The position numbers and the translations under genes are program-made. From a virus, in IMG/VR virus record IMGVR_UViG_3300045988_117710: a stretch of DNA of 64,000 bases. The stretch is one strand, 5' to 3'. This document shows, in pieces, positions 17,256 through 25,232 of this stretch. The notes under the pieces were generated by a model that saw only the letters and a list, made by a program, of their open reading frames with translations, was not told the DNA's origin and made no database searches. Numbering within the stretch: the stretch's first letter is position 1; every line of letters starts with the position of its first letter.

Positions 17256-18026
17256 ATGAAGAAGTATATATTCTTTTATCCATATAGGGTTTCTCTAGAG
17301 GATGAGATTTATTTATCTATTAAGTTAGCAAATAAGTTTTATCCTAATTCAGAGTTCTATGTTTATGGTGATAAGATAGATTTGTCAAAGTTTGTTAGTC
17401 AATCTGATGAATTCAATGTTTCTCATAATATTGAACAGGATAGTCAAGATGAGTTAATTAATAGAATTCATAATGTTTATGTTGAACCTTTATACAATAA
17501 GTGGTTAGATGTTAATAATTCTATTCGTCAATTCATTTATGATGTACAAGAACCTTTTATTCTTATGAATGATGATTTCTTTATTTTAGATACTAATACA
17601 GATATTGAGAAACTTTATGTTGGTGATATTGAAACAAGGTTGGATGCAACTATTGTAATTGATAAGGCAACTAATACGATGAGATATTCTAATTATGGAT
17701 TGAATCTTAAAGCTTTTAAGGATTTTGTAGCAGATGTTGATAAGGTTTATTTGAAGCATTCAGAGTTTCATTTACCAATGTACATTCAATATCCATCTAC
17801 TATGCTTACTGCTATTGAGATGTGTAATGATCATTATTTTCCTGCAGTAAGAAGATCTTATTATGTTTATCTAGCTTCTGAACGAGATGGGTTAGAAGTT
17901 ATACCACGTCAGTTTGATGTTAAGTATGCAGAACCTTTTCATAAGATTACTGATAGTTTCTTTTCTACAGATGATGTTTCTTATAATTATTTCAAAGAAG
18001 ATTTATTTAAGATTTTAGAGAAATAA
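17256..18026 (+). CDS. hypothetical protein
   Basis: ORF track (17214) trimmed to ATG 17256 preceded by RBS AGGAGG. Confidence 0.4.
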   Translation: MKKYIFFYPYRVSLEDEIYLSIKLANKFYPNSEFYVYGDKIDLSKFVSQSDEFNVSHNIEQDSQDELINRIHNVYVEPLYNKWLDVNNSIRQFIYDVQEPFILMNDDFFILDTNTDIEKLYVGDIETRLDATIVIDKATNTMRYSNYGLNLKAFKDFVADVDKVYLKHSEFHLPMYIQYPSTMLTAIEMCNDHYFPAVRRSYYVYLASERDGLEVIPRQFDVKYAEPFHKITDSFFSTDDVSYNYFKEDLFKILEK

Positions 18027-18028
18027 TT

Positions 18029-18039
18029 TCGTATATTAT
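18029..18039 (+). promoter_or_regulatory. promoter-like motif variant TCGTATATTAT at head of tRNA/tmRNA island
   Basis: Directly after stop of ORF 17256-18026. Confidence 0.35.
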
Positions 18040-18274
18040 ATTAACAGTTTATTGGTTTTTACTGTTGGATTTACAGCGACGATATTACAACTTAGAAGAC
18101 AAGAGTATAAACTTGATAATTATACAAAGGGGAAGCTGTTGGGAGACCCTGAAACCAATCAAAACAGCGTTTCGAAAGTGTAGTGTCCATATCAGTTATT
18201 GGACGCGATGTGGGCTACACGATTAGATATTGATATTATGGCAAATGGGAGTTCCTTAAAGATTAACATAGGGG

Positions 18275-18357
18275 CCAGATGGTTAGTGGTTCGAGTCCAC
18301 TGTCTCCGACCATTTATTATTTATCGGAGACTAGCTCAATTGGATTAGAGCGTCTGG
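18275..18357 (+). ncRNA. circularly permuted tRNA-like element (3' half, 12-nt linker, 5' half)
   Basis: 18275-18312 reads anticodon-stem 3' strand CCAGA, variable TGGTT, T-arm AGTGG-TTCGAGT-CCACT, acceptor 3' strand GTCTCCG, discriminator A, CCA; after linker TTTATTATTTAT, 18325-18357 reads acceptor 5' strand CGGAGAC (perfect complement), TA, D-arm GCTC-AATTGGATTA-GAGC, G, anticodon-stem 5' strand TCTGG (perfect complement of CCAGA); no contiguous anticodon loop. Confidence 0.5.
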
Positions 18358-18382
18358 GAAATATTACTCCTCGCCTTTATTT

Positions 18383-18768
18383 GGGGATGTTCTGGTTTCG
18401 ACAGTAGGAATGTCATTATGATTGCATGCAGTAGGTTGCTACTTTAAAGGACAAAAACAATAAATGCAAATTTCAAAAACTTTATAGCAAATGTTAAAGC
18501 TTCTTTAGCAAATATGTTTGCTGCTCCAGTTGTAGCTTAGTATAAAACAACTTATCTATAAGAAGATTTACATATGGATGTTCTTATAGATATCGTATAA
18601 ACATATGTAAGACATTGAGGATCCAATAGTCAATGTTTTAATTTATTGGGTAGGTTAAACTTATTGTAGGTGATTAACCTGTAAGATAATAATTACAATC
18701 AAGCATGTGAATGAAATTGTAGGTTGAGTTTTTATTGGACACGAGTTCAATTCTCGTCATCTCCACCA
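18383..18768 (+). ncRNA. ssrA: tmRNA (SsrA), one-piece
   Basis: 5' end GGGGATGTTCTGGTTTCGACAGTAGG matches the tmRNA consensus GGGGCTGATTCTGGATTCGAC; 3' end GGACACGAGTTCAATTCTCGTCATCTCCACCA gives T-arm plus acceptor with a G3-U70 wobble (Ala identity element); internal tag frame GCA AAT GTT AAA GCT TCT TTA GCA AAT ATG TTT GCT GCT CCA GTT GTA GCT TAG. Confidence 0.8.
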
Positions 18769-18769
18769 T

Positions 18770-18843
18770 GCGGGTATCGTTCAGTGGTAGGACCTCTGCC
18801 TTCCAAGCAGACGACGCCGGTTCGAATCCGGCTACCCGCTCCA
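18770..18843 (+). tRNA. tRNA-Gly (anticodon UCC)
   Basis: Manual cloverleaf; anticodon loop CTTCCAA; acceptor GCGGGTA/TACCCGC; encoded CCA. Confidence 0.8.
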
Positions 18844-18847
18844 TTAT

Positions 18848-18921
18848 GGGAGTATAGCCAAGTGGTAAGGCAATGGACTGCAACTCCATGATCGTAGGTT
18901 CAAATCCTACTACTCCCTCCA
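18848..18921 (+). tRNA. tRNA-Cys (anticodon GCA)
   Basis: Manual cloverleaf; loop ACTGCAA; acceptor GGGAGTA/TACTCCC; CCA encoded. Confidence 0.8.
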
Positions 18922-19070
18922 AGGGAAGTACTGTTCTGAAGAACAATTTATATATCTATATAATTCTAAATCCCTGTCATAGAATTATATTAATCGATTA
19001 ACACTGCAGGGTTAATTAGTATGGACAATGCTTTCGAGGTTTTTCATTTTTTACCTCCTTTCTCTTATTT

Positions 19071-19145
19071 GGTCTGTTAGTCTATCGGCTACGACGCTGC
19101 CCTGTCACGGCAGAGGGACGGGGTCAACTCCCGTACAGACCGCCA
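19071..19145 (+). tRNA. tRNA-Asp (anticodon GUC)
   Basis: Manual cloverleaf; loop CTGTCAC; acceptor GGTCTGT/ACAGACC; atypical T-loop GTCAACT. Confidence 0.65.
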
Positions 19146-19150
19146 TTATA

Positions 19151-19223
19151 GGGAAGTAGTTCAATGGTAGAACAGTGGTCTCCAAAACCACGGACGTGGG
19201 TTCGATTCCTACCTTCCCTGCCA
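19151..19223 (+). tRNA. tRNA-Trp (anticodon CCA)
   Basis: Manual cloverleaf; loop CTCCAAA; acceptor GGGAAGT/CTTCCCT. Confidence 0.75.
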
Positions 19224-19234
19224 TTGTGTAATTT

Positions 19235-19287
19235 AAATCAATAAGTTCTCTGAATTTATTGATTTTTTATTTTGGTTGTCGTATAAT
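19235..19287 (+). promoter_or_regulatory. terminator hairpin after tRNA-Trp followed by TTGATT, 17 nt, TATAAT promoter (TCGTATAAT)
   Basis: AAATCAATAA loop TTATTGATTT plus T-run (19235-19270); TTGATT 19259-19264; TCGTATAAT 19279-19287. Confidence 0.5.
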
Positions 19288-19303
19288 GTTTGTAAGGAAG
19301 GTG

Positions 19304-20158
19304 ATGATTGTGGGTAGACCTGCAAAGAAAGAACAACTTATTCAACGTTGTGAAGAACTTAATGTTTTCTATAGTGAGAAGATGACAATTAAGGAATTAG
19401 AAGCACTTATTGCTGATAAGGAAAGAGGAATGGTAGCTCCTGTTGTGATTACTGAAGATATGATGACCCCTTATGAGTATTTTCAAAATGTTAAGGATTC
19501 TATTAAGTCTATGAATGACGATGATCTTACTAAGATGTATACTGCTGCAAGTACTTTAATGGAGAAGTATCAAGTATTTGGTCAAGAGAAGGCAGAGAAG
19601 AGATTAGCATTTCATATCAAGACTATTCTTAAGGAACATGATTTATTACAATTGGGAATTAATAAGTTTGTTTATAAAGATGATATTACTAATTACATAG
19701 ATGTTATTAGTAAGAAGCCAGTTAAAATTATTGAGATGAAGAATTTCCCTAGAGAGATTCCTGATGATATGATTGATGTTGTTACGAAGACTAAAGGTAT
19801 CTTTGATGAGTATTATGTTTTATTTACTGATTACTCTGAAGGTGAATTAGTTAAGGAAGTTGAGAAGGAAAGAGATCCAATTTTATTTGGAGGTTTCTGT
19901 ACTAAGAATAGAGATATTGTTTCTGATAGATTCTATTACTTAGGTGATTGGGTTGATGAGTATTGTGATTTAACTTTAGATAAGCTTATTAAGGAGACTT
20001 CTAAAGATATTGTTAAGACTATTTCTATTCCTACTAATAAGGATAAGTTGATTTCTCAACTTAATGCTTACGAAGAGAAAGGTGATAGGTATATAGTAAA
20101 TACACCTAAGAAAGAACATTTCTTCAGTAAGATTAAGAGAGCTTTTAAGGTTAAGTAG
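19304..20158 (+). CDS. hypothetical protein
   Basis: ORF track (19259) trimmed to ATG 19304 with RBS AAGGAAGG; downstream of promoter motif 19279. Confidence 0.4.
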   Translation: MIVGRPAKKEQLIQRCEELNVFYSEKMTIKELEALIADKERGMVAPVVITEDMMTPYEYFQNVKDSIKSMNDDDLTKMYTAASTLMEKYQVFGQEKAEKRLAFHIKTILKEHDLLQLGINKFVYKDDITNYIDVISKKPVKIIEMKNFPREIPDDMIDVVTKTKGIFDEYYVLFTDYSEGELVKEVEKERDPILFGGFCTKNRDIVSDRFYYLGDWVDEYCDLTLDKLIKETSKDIVKTISIPTNKDKLISQLNAYEEKGDRYIVNTPKKEHFFSKIKRAFKVK

Positions 20159-20159
20159 T

Positions 20160-20723
20160 ATGGCTGTTCCTAGAGATATTGATTTAACTCGTCATCTAGA
20201 TTTTAATAAGGATGAAGTAATAGCCAAGTCTGTTAAGCTTCCAAAGGAAGTTAAGGATACTTCTTATAAGAGATATAATGAGTATGAGAATACTTCCTTT
20301 AGAAGTACTACTAGTTTAACTACTGCACCTGGTTTAGATGATTGGGGTTTAGGTTCTTTTTCAACTAATTTCTCTAGTACAAGTTCTGATTCTTTTAAAC
20401 CTTTTTCTTTAGTTCCTACTATTAAGGTAGAGGAGAGGGTTTGTTGGAGAAAGCTTTATAAGGATCCTAATGTTTTTGAACCTAGGTATACTGCAGATGA
20501 GTGGGTTGAGGTATTTAAGAATAGAAACTTCCCAATGGGTAGTAGGGAAGATAGGATGAAAGTATTTGCAGAAGTTTTGAAGGATAAGTATGATCCTTGG
20601 AAGAATAGATGTGAGAGATGTGGGAAGAAGTTCAATCCTAATAATTGTTTTTCTCATTTCTATGGTTTATGTCAAGATTGTAATATTATTCTAGAAAATC
20701 AAGTTTATTCTGTGAATCTTTAA
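20160..20723 (+). CDS. hypothetical protein with C-terminal Cys cluster
   Basis: ORF track; CERCGKKFNPNNCFSHFYGLCQDCN. Confidence 0.4.
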   Translation: MAVPRDIDLTRHLDFNKDEVIAKSVKLPKEVKDTSYKRYNEYENTSFRSTTSLTTAPGLDDWGLGSFSTNFSSTSSDSFKPFSLVPTIKVEERVCWRKLYKDPNVFEPRYTADEWVEVFKNRNFPMGSREDRMKVFAEVLKDKYDPWKNRCERCGKKFNPNNCFSHFYGLCQDCNIILENQVYSVNL

Positions 20724-20734
20724 GAGGTGATATT

Positions 20735-21025
20735 GTGAAGGATTATCTAGATATAGTTAAGAGATGTAAGGAACAGAATATAGATATTGATGGTTGTCAT
20801 ATTTATATTTATCCTAATAATTTGGATGGGGAGTTTTGTCATAAGGGGACTTTATCACAGGATGGTGAATGGCTTTGTATTCCTTTGAAAAAGTTTGATG
20901 AGTCGTTCGAAATGGATTATTTCGAACCAGTGTGTTACCAAGTTAAAACGTCTTTTAAAACGTATTTAAAGGGTGATTCTCTTTGGTATCTTGTAGAGTG
21001 TTTTGTACTTTATGATAATAATTAA
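20735..21025 (+). CDS. hypothetical protein
   Basis: ORF track; GTG start with RBS AAGAGGTGA. Confidence 0.35.
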   Translation: MKDYLDIVKRCKEQNIDIDGCHIYIYPNNLDGEFCHKGTLSQDGEWLCIPLKKFDESFEMDYFEPVCYQVKTSFKTYLKGDSLWYLVECFVLYDNN

Positions 21026-21030
21026 TTGAG

Positions 21031-21312
21031 GTGATTATAGTGTTGAGTGATACAAATGTTAACTTTATATGTTTTGCAAGTAGGAAGTCTATAAGGAAAT
21101 GGGTAGTTTCTGAAGTTAGATATGATTATGAATGGGATGGATATTGTGTTCATAAGTTAGGTGAGAATGAGTATTGTGAATTTGGAACTCCTTTTGCTGC
21201 TTATAATCATGCAAAGAATATTTCTAATAAGTATAAGAAGAAATACTCTGATGCAGTTGTAATTGTTAAGGAAGTTGGAGTAACAGCGGAGGATCTTGTT
21301 TCGAATGGATAA
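21031..21312 (+). CDS. hypothetical protein
   Basis: ORF track. Confidence 0.35.
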   Translation: MIIVLSDTNVNFICFASRKSIRKWVVSEVRYDYEWDGYCVHKLGENEYCEFGTPFAAYNHAKNISNKYKKKYSDAVVIVKEVGVTAEDLVSNG

Positions 21313-21778
21313 GCCAATTATATTTCTAGATTTTGATGGTGTTGTTGAAACTATTTATTGGGAGAAAGATAAGGACGGTTCTTGGTCTTGGAATGTTCAT
21401 AAGTCTGGGAGAGAAGAACTGAATAATAAACAAGCGATTGGCTGGCTTAATGAGCTTTATAAGAAAGTTCCTTATGACATAGTGGTTTCTAGTACTTGGA
21501 GGATTGGAATGTCTGTTGAAGAGCTTCAAACTCTGATTACTAATTCTGGATTTAATAAAGAAATTAGGGTTTTAGATAAGACTCCTATTCTTTATCAACA
21601 GAGGGGTGTTGAGATTCAGAGATGGATAGATGATAATGATTTTAAAGGGAAGTTCATCATTATAGATGATGATTCTGATATGTGTCATTTACTTCCATTA
21701 CTTGTAAGATGTGATTGTCAGCTTGGTTTTACTATTTATGATTATAATAAAGCATTAAGATTGTTAGATGAATCTTAA
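21296..21778 (+). CDS. HAD-like phosphatase (putative nucleotidase)
   Basis: HAD motifs IIFLDFDGVVET (DxDGV), VVSSTWR, FIIIDDDSD. Confidence 0.5.
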   Translation: MFRMDKPIIFLDFDGVVETIYWEKDKDGSWSWNVHKSGREELNNKQAIGWLNELYKKVPYDIVVSSTWRIGMSVEELQTLITNSGFNKEIRVLDKTPILYQQRGVEIQRWIDDNDFKGKFIIIDDDSDMCHLLPLLVRCDCQLGFTIYDYNKALRLLDES

Positions 21779-21791
21779 GAAAGGATTGTTT

Positions 21792-22019
21792 ATGGATAAG
21801 GTTAATGTTAGAGAGTTGTTTATACTTGCAATGTTTCTTTTGACTACTGTTATTTCTATTGGTCTTTATAATCAGAATATTGGATTAAGAAAGACTATTG
21901 AAGAGAAGGATAAAGAGATTGAAGATTTAACTTTTGATAATTCTCGTTGTAATATGGCTTATGATGAGTTTTATGAATTATTTATGGATTGTGTTTCTTA
22001 TGAGAAGTGTACAGAATAG
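21792..22019 (+). CDS. small membrane protein
   Basis: ORF track (21768) trimmed to ATG 21792 with RBS AAGGA; hydrophobic segment LFILAMFLLTTVISIGLY. Confidence 0.4.
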   Translation: MDKVNVRELFILAMFLLTTVISIGLYNQNIGLRKTIEEKDKEIEDLTFDNSRCNMAYDEFYELFMDCVSYEKCTE

Positions 22020-22020
22020 T

Positions 22021-22029
22021 TCGTATAAT
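22021..22029 (+). promoter_or_regulatory. phage promoter-like motif TCGTATAAT
   Basis: Exact 9-mer 18 nt upstream of ORF 22047. Confidence 0.45.
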
Positions 22030-22046
22030 ATTTATGAGGTGATAAT

Positions 22047-22298
22047 ATGAATGTAAATATTCAATGTGATAAGTGTAAGAATGTATATCCTGGTGATGAT
22101 ATTCTAATGGTTAACAATTTTGGTACTGCAGAACTTGTTGGTGCTATTTGTACTAGTTGTTATAATTCTATTGGTAATTGTGAAGCAGAGTGTTGTGATT
22201 GTTGTGAATCTGATGTTTGTGATGGGCAATTGACTATTGATGATTTCATTGACGATAATGATATTGAGGTTCTAACAGATGTTGACTCTACCTATTAA
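22047..22298 (+). CDS. hypothetical Cys-rich protein
   Basis: ORF track; CDKCKN...CTSCYNSIGNCEAECCDCCESDVCDG; downstream of promoter motif 22021. Confidence 0.4.
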   Translation: MNVNIQCDKCKNVYPGDDILMVNNFGTAELVGAICTSCYNSIGNCEAECCDCCESDVCDGQLTIDDFIDDNDIEVLTDVDSTY

Positions 22299-22617
22299 GA
22301 AGAAATGGTTTGATATGATTCTTTCTGGAGAGAAGAAAGAAGAGTATCGTGAAATTAAACCTTATTATGATTCTAGATTTATAATATTTAAGTCCCAAAG
22401 TGCAAACAATATATTTCAAAGTGCAAATTTATTAACTGGTGAAGTTAATACTTATGAACATTGTCAAGATATTATTTTTAGGAATGGTTATTCTGGTTCT
22501 AGTCCTTGTATTAAGTGTAAGGTTAGTCTATCTCGAGGAGAAGGTAAACCTGAGTGGGGTGCTGAACCTGGTGTTGAGTATTATATCCTTAATATCTTAA
22601 GTGTTGAGAAGTTATAG
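22279..22617 (+). CDS. hypothetical protein, possible ASCH/PUA-like domain
   Basis: KKKWFDMILSGEKKEEYR resembles the ASCH N-terminal motif; weak. Confidence 0.3.
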   Translation: MLTLPIKKKWFDMILSGEKKEEYREIKPYYDSRFIIFKSQSANNIFQSANLLTGEVNTYEHCQDIIFRNGYSGSSPCIKCKVSLSRGEGKPEWGAEPGVEYYILNILSVEKL

Positions 22618-22626
22618 AGGTGTTTT

Positions 22627-22845
22627 ATGAAGTTAGATGAAAATACTTTAATTAGATATACTGTTGAAGATAAGAATGGTGAGATTGTTCAGACGACTTT
22701 TACTTTACAACAAGTTGAAGGTAGTGTTCCTAATTTCTATCAAGCTTTTAAAGATGCTTTAAGAGATTTAGAAGATTTTGATGTTGATAATTCTGAAATT
22801 ATTTCAAGAGAGATTGTGAGTGATTCTGATGAAGAAGATTTATAG
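22627..22845 (+). CDS. hypothetical protein
   Basis: ORF track. Confidence 0.35.
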   Translation: MKLDENTLIRYTVEDKNGEIVQTTFTLQQVEGSVPNFYQAFKDALRDLEDFDVDNSEIISREIVSDSDEEDL

Positions 22846-23281
22846 TAAGTATGACAATATAGGAGATTTAGTAGAAGCTCTTAAGGAAGTTCAAGTTGGT
22901 TCTAAATTCAAGTTCTGGCATGAGAAGAAGAGATATACTTGTATGGGTAGAAGTGAGAACTTTATTATCATTTCTAAACCATTTAATCTGAAAGAAGATT
23001 GTTGTATGTATTCTATTCTTGATCTTACTCAGATGAGATGCAATAGAGATAATCTAGTGTTTGGGATTTATGATTATTCTAATGAAGAAGATTGTAAGGA
23101 TGCATTAGAAGCCCTAGAAAGATCTCTAGTACCATGGGAAGAGAGATTTATTAAGTGTGAACCTGATGAAGATGGAAGAGTAAAACTGATTCCTAAATAT
23201 CCAGAAGCAGACTTTACTTTAGAGATTTCACAACGTGGTGGTGCAAATATTGTTGATGCAATTGAAGAAGTTTATATATAA
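22820..23281 (+). CDS. hypothetical protein
   Basis: ORF track. Confidence 0.4.
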   Translation: MILMKKIYSKYDNIGDLVEALKEVQVGSKFKFWHEKKRYTCMGRSENFIIISKPFNLKEDCCMYSILDLTQMRCNRDNLVFGIYDYSNEEDCKDALEALERSLVPWEERFIKCEPDEDGRVKLIPKYPEADFTLEISQRGGANIVDAIEEVYI

Positions 23282-23287
23282 AATTAG

Positions 23288-23316
23288 TTGACTTTTTATT
23301 TCCTTTGTGTTATATT
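23288..23316 (+). promoter_or_regulatory. sigma70-like promoter (TTGACT, 17 nt, TATATT)
   Basis: TTGACT at 23288-23293, 17-nt spacer, TATATT at 23311-23316. Confidence 0.45.
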
Positions 23317-23349
23317 AAGTTTAGTATATGAGGCATATGAAGTTCCTTG

Positions 23350-23445
23350 GTTAGGTTGTTAACCCGGTAGTCGTAGGTTCGAGTCCTACTCCATACTTCC
23401 GAAAGGTCGGTGGATAGCTCAGTGGATAGAGCACCGTTTACTTCT
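23350..23445 (+). other. two adjacent tRNA-like fragments (3'-type fragment, then 5'-type fragment)
   Basis: 23374-23398 has T-arm GTAGG-TTCGAGT-CCTAC plus acceptor-like TCCATAC but no D-arm upstream; 23407-23436 has acceptor-like CGGTGGA, TA, D-arm GCTC-AGTGGATA-GAGC, then no anticodon or T-arm; acceptor strands only 5/7 complementary. Confidence 0.3.
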
Positions 23446-23519
23446 CGCCTTAATATATTTATAGAACTGAAATATGGACTGTAAAGACTTTTCTTTATAT
23501 ATTATGTTGAGGAGTTTTT

Positions 23520-23972
23520 ATGGAACAGTTTAAAGTTTGTAGTAAGTGCAAAAGAGAATTATCATTAGATTGTTTTAGGTGGAAAAATAAATCTAAGGGT
23601 ATAAGACATTATCGATGCAGAGAGTGTCAAAAGGAATCTGATAAGAAGCTTTATTTGGAAAGTGAGTCAAGACGTCGTACTGTAAGGGGTATAGCAGATT
23701 CACAGAAGCAAAGAAATCTTCAGATTGTAGATGAAGCAAAGAAGTGTGGTTGTTGCAAGTGTGGTGAGATGAGACCATTTGTGTTAGATTTTCATCATGT
23801 TGATCCAACTACAAAGGATAGTGAGATAGCCCATTTGTTAAAGTCTGCTTCAGTTGAGCATTTATTAGATGAGTTATCCAAGTGTGTTGTCTTTTGTGCT
23901 AATTGTCATAGGGAATATCATTATCTTAATAAGACTTTTGGTATTACTATTGATGAGTATCTAAAGAAATAG
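23520..23972 (+). CDS. HNH endonuclease
   Basis: HNH motif region FVLDFHHVDPTTKDS...CVVFCANCHREYH plus N-terminal Zn-ribbon CSKCKRE...CRECQ. Confidence 0.7.
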   Translation: MEQFKVCSKCKRELSLDCFRWKNKSKGIRHYRCRECQKESDKKLYLESESRRRTVRGIADSQKQRNLQIVDEAKKCGCCKCGEMRPFVLDFHHVDPTTKDSEIAHLLKSASVEHLLDELSKCVVFCANCHREYHYLNKTFGITIDEYLKK

Positions 23973-23975
23973 TAT

Positions 23976-24051
23976 GGGCCGATAGCTCAGTTGGTAGAGC
24001 ACGACACTGAAAATGTCGGTGTCGGTGGTTCAATCCCACCTCGGCCCACCA
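23976..24051 (+). tRNA. tRNA-Phe (anticodon GAA)
   Basis: Manual cloverleaf; loop ACTGAAA; acceptor GGGCCGA/TCGGCCC; CCA encoded. Confidence 0.8.
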
Positions 24052-24056
24052 TATAT

Positions 24057-24132
24057 CGCGGAGTGGAGAAGTGGTTATCTCGTCTGGCTCATAACCAGAA
24101 GAGCGTGGGTTCAAATCCCACTTCCGCAACCA
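24057..24132 (+). tRNA. tRNA-Met (anticodon CAU), initiator-like C1-A72 mismatch
   Basis: Manual cloverleaf; loop CTCATAA; acceptor CGCGGAG/TTCCGCA leaves C1 opposite A72, as in bacterial tRNA-fMet; anticodon stem has only two G-C pairs. Confidence 0.65.
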
Positions 24133-24218
24133 TTTTGTTTGTGAAAGCAAACAATCCTGAAACGCCTAACTTAGATCGGAGATCAAGTATTTAGGTAAGT
24201 TGAGAAAGGAGGAAGATT

Positions 24219-24503
24219 ATGGCGAAACCTGTAAATGCGGGTAAACCATGGAGTGTTGAAGATTTAGTTATTCTTGCTAATACAGCACCAACTAAACACA
24301 ATATTTCTTTTCTAGCAAAGTCATTAGGTAGAACTGAGGATGCTGTTTATAGTCAGTATTATTTATTGTTCTGTGCACCTAGTTACTTGAAACAAGCTGA
24401 TGGAAGTATTCTAGAACAACACAAGAGAATTCTTCAAGCAAAGAAGATAGCTGGTTTACACGTTTCTATAACACCTAAAGCAGATTCTTATAAAGTTTCT
24501 TAA
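24219..24503 (+). CDS. Myb/SANT-like HTH DNA-binding protein
   Basis: KPWSVEDLVILANTAPTKHNISFLAKSLGRTEDAVYSQY resembles the Myb/SANT repeat; RBS AAAGGAGG. Confidence 0.4.
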   Translation: MAKPVNAGKPWSVEDLVILANTAPTKHNISFLAKSLGRTEDAVYSQYYLLFCAPSYLKQADGSILEQHKRILQAKKIAGLHVSITPKADSYKVS

Positions 24504-24547
24504 TTTGTTATAGATTATAGGAAAGTCATTAAGACTTTCTGATATGT

Positions 24548-24634
24548 GCCTAGTTGTGATAATTGGTAGTCGGGCGGTCTTGAAAACCGTTGGTCGGAAA
24601 CGGCTTGGGGGTTCGAGTCCCTCACTAGGCGCCA
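24548..24634 (+). tRNA. tRNA-Ser (anticodon UGA), class II
   Basis: Manual fold; loop CTTGAAA; long variable arm; acceptor GCCTAGT/ACTAGGC; CCA encoded. Confidence 0.7.
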
Positions 24635-24660
24635 TTTAATTAGTTCATAGAGGTGAAGAT

Positions 24661-25230
24661 ATGAATAAGACTATAAGTCATTTTAAGACAATTACTAAAC
24701 ATAAGTTTTATGTTATGAAGTTTTGTTTCAAGTGTCATTTATTTAAGAGAGGTTTATTACATGATCTTTCTAAATATAGTCCAATTGAGTTCTGTACTAG
24801 TGTGAAGTATTATACTGGTAATAGAAGTCCTATTGATAATGAGAAAGATGTTAAGGGTTATTCATTAGCTTGGCAACATCATAAAGGTCATAATCCTCAT
24901 CATTGGGAGTATTGGATTGACAATGTTGGTACAAGAACAAACAATGCAGGAAGAATTCCTTATAAGTATGTTGTAGAAATGATTTGTGATTGGCTTGCTG
25001 CTGGTATAGTTTATTCTAAAAAGAATCCTGATTATAATGAACCATATGATGTTCCTGTGAAACATTATAATGCCCATACTCATGAAAGAATATTTCATGA
25101 GGATACACAAGAGTTAATTGAGTTCTTTCTAGATAGAATTGCTAGAGATGGAATTAATGATTTTTGTAGAATTGCAAGAGAAAAGAAACTTTCTATAATT
25201 AAGAATTACCTAAATAAGGAGGTTTCATAA
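24661..25230 (+). CDS. putative HD-domain phosphohydrolase
   Basis: H...HD (KCHLFKRGLLHDLSKY) then His-rich WQHHKGHNPHHWEYW; weak family call. Confidence 0.35.
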   Translation: MNKTISHFKTITKHKFYVMKFCFKCHLFKRGLLHDLSKYSPIEFCTSVKYYTGNRSPIDNEKDVKGYSLAWQHHKGHNPHHWEYWIDNVGTRTNNAGRIPYKYVVEMICDWLAAGIVYSKKNPDYNEPYDVPVKHYNAHTHERIFHEDTQELIEFFLDRIARDGINDFCRIAREKKLSIIKNYLNKEVS

Positions 25231-25232
25231 TT

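Noticed and set aside
18589-18599. TCGTATAAA promoter-like string inside the tmRNA
   Set aside because: Last base differs from the TCGTATAAT motif and it lies within a pseudoknot region of the tmRNA. Likely coincidental.
24137-24152. Weak hairpin GTTTG-TGAAAG-CAAAC after tRNA-Met
   Set aside because: The stem is only 5 bp and AU-rich with no clear U-tract. Too weak to call a terminator.
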